Source: Convolutriloba macropyga (Eukaryota). From it: a DNA stretch of 64,000 nt. The stretch spans positions 10,912,001 through 10,976,000 of the forward strand of contig NC_134476.1 in assembly GCF_964194025.1 (NCBI RefSeq). Direction: 5' to 3'. Of this stretch, positions 63,392 through 64,000 are shown one piece after another (within the stretch, counting starts at the first letter, position 1; each line of letters begins with the position of its first letter). A model generated the notes under the pieces. It ran no database searches. It was given only the letters and a program-made list of their open reading frames with translations, and was not told the origin of the DNA. The translations under genes and the position numbers were made by a program.

Positions 63392-64000
63392 TTAATTGAT
63401 CTCGAAATTTGAAGCAATGTTTGTACTCATGCGTGTCTCTTTGTATTAATTGTCGCTAGACCCTCTTTGCTCTTAAATTTTCGTCAGCTAGATAAAATGG
63501 TACAGCGAAAGAACGTTATCTCATTTTGCTTCGCTCATTTTGGGTCAATGTAGGCTCTAAGTTTATAATTCAGCAAAAAAAAGTCGAGAAATCAAAGCTT
63601 CAGGGTTGTGTTTTGAGTTTCGGCATGTTTCGTTTGCTGAAAACCATTTTTGTGCCCCACCTCATTTTTTCCGAAACTCCCCTCTCCCCACTCACCTTCC
63701 TCTCTTTCTGTCAGCCTAAACTACTTATTGTCAAACCAAGCTCCTTTCTGCTTGCTTAGGGGAACTCGCCAGACGGTAGAAAGTTTGTTTCCTTTTTAGC
63801 GTCTGTTTTTATTCAGCTAGATAAAATGATATAGCCAAAAAAGCGTTATCTTATTTTGCTTCTCTAGTTTGGGGCCAATGTAGGTCCTAAGTGTATGATT
63901 CAGCAAAAAAGTTGAGAAATCAAAGCTTCAGGGTTGGCAACGAGTTTTGAGTTTTGGCATGTTTTGTTTGCCCAAACCCATTTTTTGCGCCCCATGACTT
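63392..64000 (+). repeat. Family B-like start followed by two diverged units spaced ~330 bp apart
   Basis: TTAATTGATCTCGAA start; CAGCTAGATAAAATG...GCCCCA at about 63485 and 63815. Confidence 0.6.

Overview
AT-rich, repeat-dense eukaryotic (metazoan, probably invertebrate) genomic DNA with three protein-coding genes, all on the + strand. (1) The 3' eight exons (2600-28669; the 5' part lies upstream of the window) of an RNA polymerase II elongation factor ELL gene, with a central ELL motif, an occludin/ELL C-terminal domain and an unusual Q/N-rich tail. (2) A two-exon PELP1/Rix1 homologue (43494-46434) whose Pro/Glu tail is replaced by a short tail with several LC8-like QT motifs. (3) An intronless RING-Bbox-coiled-coil (TRIM) gene (58947-60188). 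Introns and intergenic DNA hold at least five families of non-autonomous DINE-1/HINE-like (Helentron-type, rolling-circle) elements. They share one terminal grammar (5' subTIR plus local inverted repeat; 3' subTIR plus hairpin; T-rich targets), lie almost all in one orientation and nest into each other. Several copies from two families carry a tRNA-length Pol III A-box/B-box cassette, which is the most unusual signal in the window. Also present are MITEs with 8-9 bp TSDs, a ~480-bp palindromic foldback, a 1.84-kb recent tandem duplication with a templated junction, microsatellites and one assembly gap. Gene identities come from recognising motifs by eye, not from database searches.
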